A stretch of DNA of 64,000 nt from Solirubrobacterales bacterium (GTDB taxonomy: Bacteria; Actinomycetota; Thermoleophilia; Solirubrobacterales; Solirubrobacteraceae): contig JBBPZM010000061.1 of the NCBI GenBank assembly GCA_038199035.1, positions 3,995 to 67,994 of the forward strand. The letters run 5' to 3'. A program made the position numbers and the translations under genes. Below the pieces are notes generated by a model. The model was given only the letters and a program-made list of their open reading frames with translations. It had not been told where the DNA came from and made no database searches. This document shows, in pieces, positions 63,083 through 64,000 of the stretch (position 1 is the first letter of the stretch; every line of letters starts with the position of its first letter).

Positions 63083-64000
63083 ATGACCGCTGCCCTCATC
63101 ACCTACGCGGGCGTCAAGGACTGGGTGCTCACCTGGGCGCCGATCCTCTTCTTCGGCCTGATCGCCTACTTCATGTGGCGCACGATCAGGCTGATGCCGC
63201 GGACCAAGCCGCAGCAGATAAAGCCCGAGGCCAAGCAGTCGACCGGCTGGGGCGACATCGCCGGCGCCGACGAGGCCAAGCACGAGCTCCAGGAGGTGGT
63301 CGAGTTCCTGCGCGACCCCAGGCGCTTCACCGCGCTGGGGGCCAAGGTGCCCAAGGGCATCCTCCTGCACGGGCCGCCCGGCACCGGCAAGACGCTGCTG
63401 GCCAAGGCGGTCGCGCACGAGTCGGGCGCCAACTTCTTCTCGCAGTCGGCCGCGTCGTTCATCGAGATGTTCGCCGGGCTGGGCGCGGCCCGCATCCGCC
63501 GGCTGTTCTCGATTGCGCGCAAGCACGCGCCGGCGGTGATCTTCATCGACGAGCTCGACGCCGTCGGGGGGCACCGCGGCTCCGACATCTCGGGTGAGCG
63601 TGACCAGACGCTCAACCAGCTGCTGGTGGAGATGGACGGATTCTCCTCGGCCAGCGACGTGGTGGTGATCGCCGCCTCCAACCTGATCGAGAAGCTCGAC
63701 GCCGCCCTCCTGCGCCCCGGGCGCTTCGACCGCCAGATCTTCGTCTCTCCCCCCGACGTCAGGGGCCGCGAGGGGGTCCTGCGCGTCCACACGCGCGACA
63801 AGCCGCTGGAGGACGTCGACCTCGATCTCATCGCCCGCCAGACCAGCGGCCTGACCGGCGCCGACCTGGCCAACATCTGCAACGAGGCGGCGATCTTCGC
63901 CGCGCGGCGCGGAGCGTGGAGGATCGCCGGCCAGGACTTCGACGCGGCGCTGGAGCGCGTGGTGGCGGGCATGCAGTCGCGGCGCAAGCTCAACGACCAC
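63083..64000 (+). CDS. ftsH: FtsH-like AAA+ membrane protease, 5' part (runs off the window), unusually short N-terminus
   Basis: The frame from ATG 63083 has no stop before 64000, so it is absent from the ORF track. It has a single TM 'WVLTWAPILFFGLIAYFMW'. Then come 'WGDIAGADEAKHELQEVVEFLRDP', Walker A 'GPPGTGKTLLAKAVA', Walker B 'VIFIDELDAVG' and SRH 'ALLRPGRFDRQIFV'. Confidence 0.9.
   Translation, partial: MTAALITYAGVKDWVLTWAPILFFGLIAYFMWRTIRLMPRTKPQQIKPEAKQSTGWGDIAGADEAKHELQEVVEFLRDPRRFTALGAKVPKGILLHGPPGTGKTLLAKAVAHESGANFFSQSAASFIEMFAGLGAARIRRLFSIARKHAPAVIFIDELDAVGGHRGSDISGERDQTLNQLLVEMDGFSSASDVVVIAASNLIEKLDAALLRPGRFDRQIFVSPPDVRGREGVLRVHTRDKPLEDVDLDLIARQTSGLTGADLANICNEAAIFAARRGAWRIAGQDFDAALERVVAGMQSRRKLNDH

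Overview
The segment is very GC-rich (about 70% by eye, not computed) and looks like an actinobacterial-type chromosome. Class-level placement cannot be made from sequence alone. It is densely packed with about 58 protein genes and one tRNA-Arg(CCT). I saw no rRNA, CRISPR array, transposase or integrase. Many adjacent genes have 4-nt stop/start overlaps (ATGA or GTGA).

Content from left to right:
- 1-1.8 kb: an OmpR-type two-component pair; the kinase is cut by the window edge.
- 1.9-12.8 kb: a cell-envelope neighbourhood. It holds an M28-like membrane protein, a class E sortase, a class A PBP with a Gly-rich tail, a PIG-V-like membrane glycosyltransferase, a HAD hydrolase, a CPBP protease and an L,D-transpeptidase. 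thiL and infA sit inside it.
- 12.9-16.0 kb: pyrE, a lipoprotein, a frameshifted membrane-protein gene and the tRNA.
- 16.3-26.1 kb: two peptide/nickel-type ABC importer gene sets that converge on a single ATPase pair.
- 26.2-29.8 kb: a GNAT-galT-AEC transporter-dtd-hypothetical gene string.
- 30.1-33.1 kb: a 1009-aa SF2 helicase with a long acidic low-complexity insertion.
- 33.3-42.6 kb: a translationally coupled six-gene mce (MlaD-domain) operon with no adjacent yrbE permease genes.
- 42.6-50.5 kb: one long minus-strand gene chain, ccmABC(D)-hemA-hemC-cobA/hemD-DUF62-birA.
- 50.5-51.2 kb: a small nucleotidyltransferase plus micro-ORF pair, TA-like.
- 51.2-64.0 kb: a precorrin-2 dehydrogenase-like gene, a DUF2236 oxygenase-like gene, an unknown secreted protein, an ALDH-fold protein, rarA, a GAF/HD-GYP/degenerate-GGDEF protein, an M20 peptidase, DUF1385, an NAPRTase-family gene, and the 5' part of an ftsH-like gene with a short N-terminus. 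The ALDH-fold protein lacks the catalytic Cys and Asn.

Most of the window is ordinary housekeeping DNA. The most unusual items are the permease-less mce hexad, the ALDH-like apparent pseudoenzyme, the ccm-heme biosynthesis fusion operon and the NTase pair. None can be called a new system from sequence alone. Most long ORFs in the supplied track are antisense or out-of-frame artefacts of high GC.
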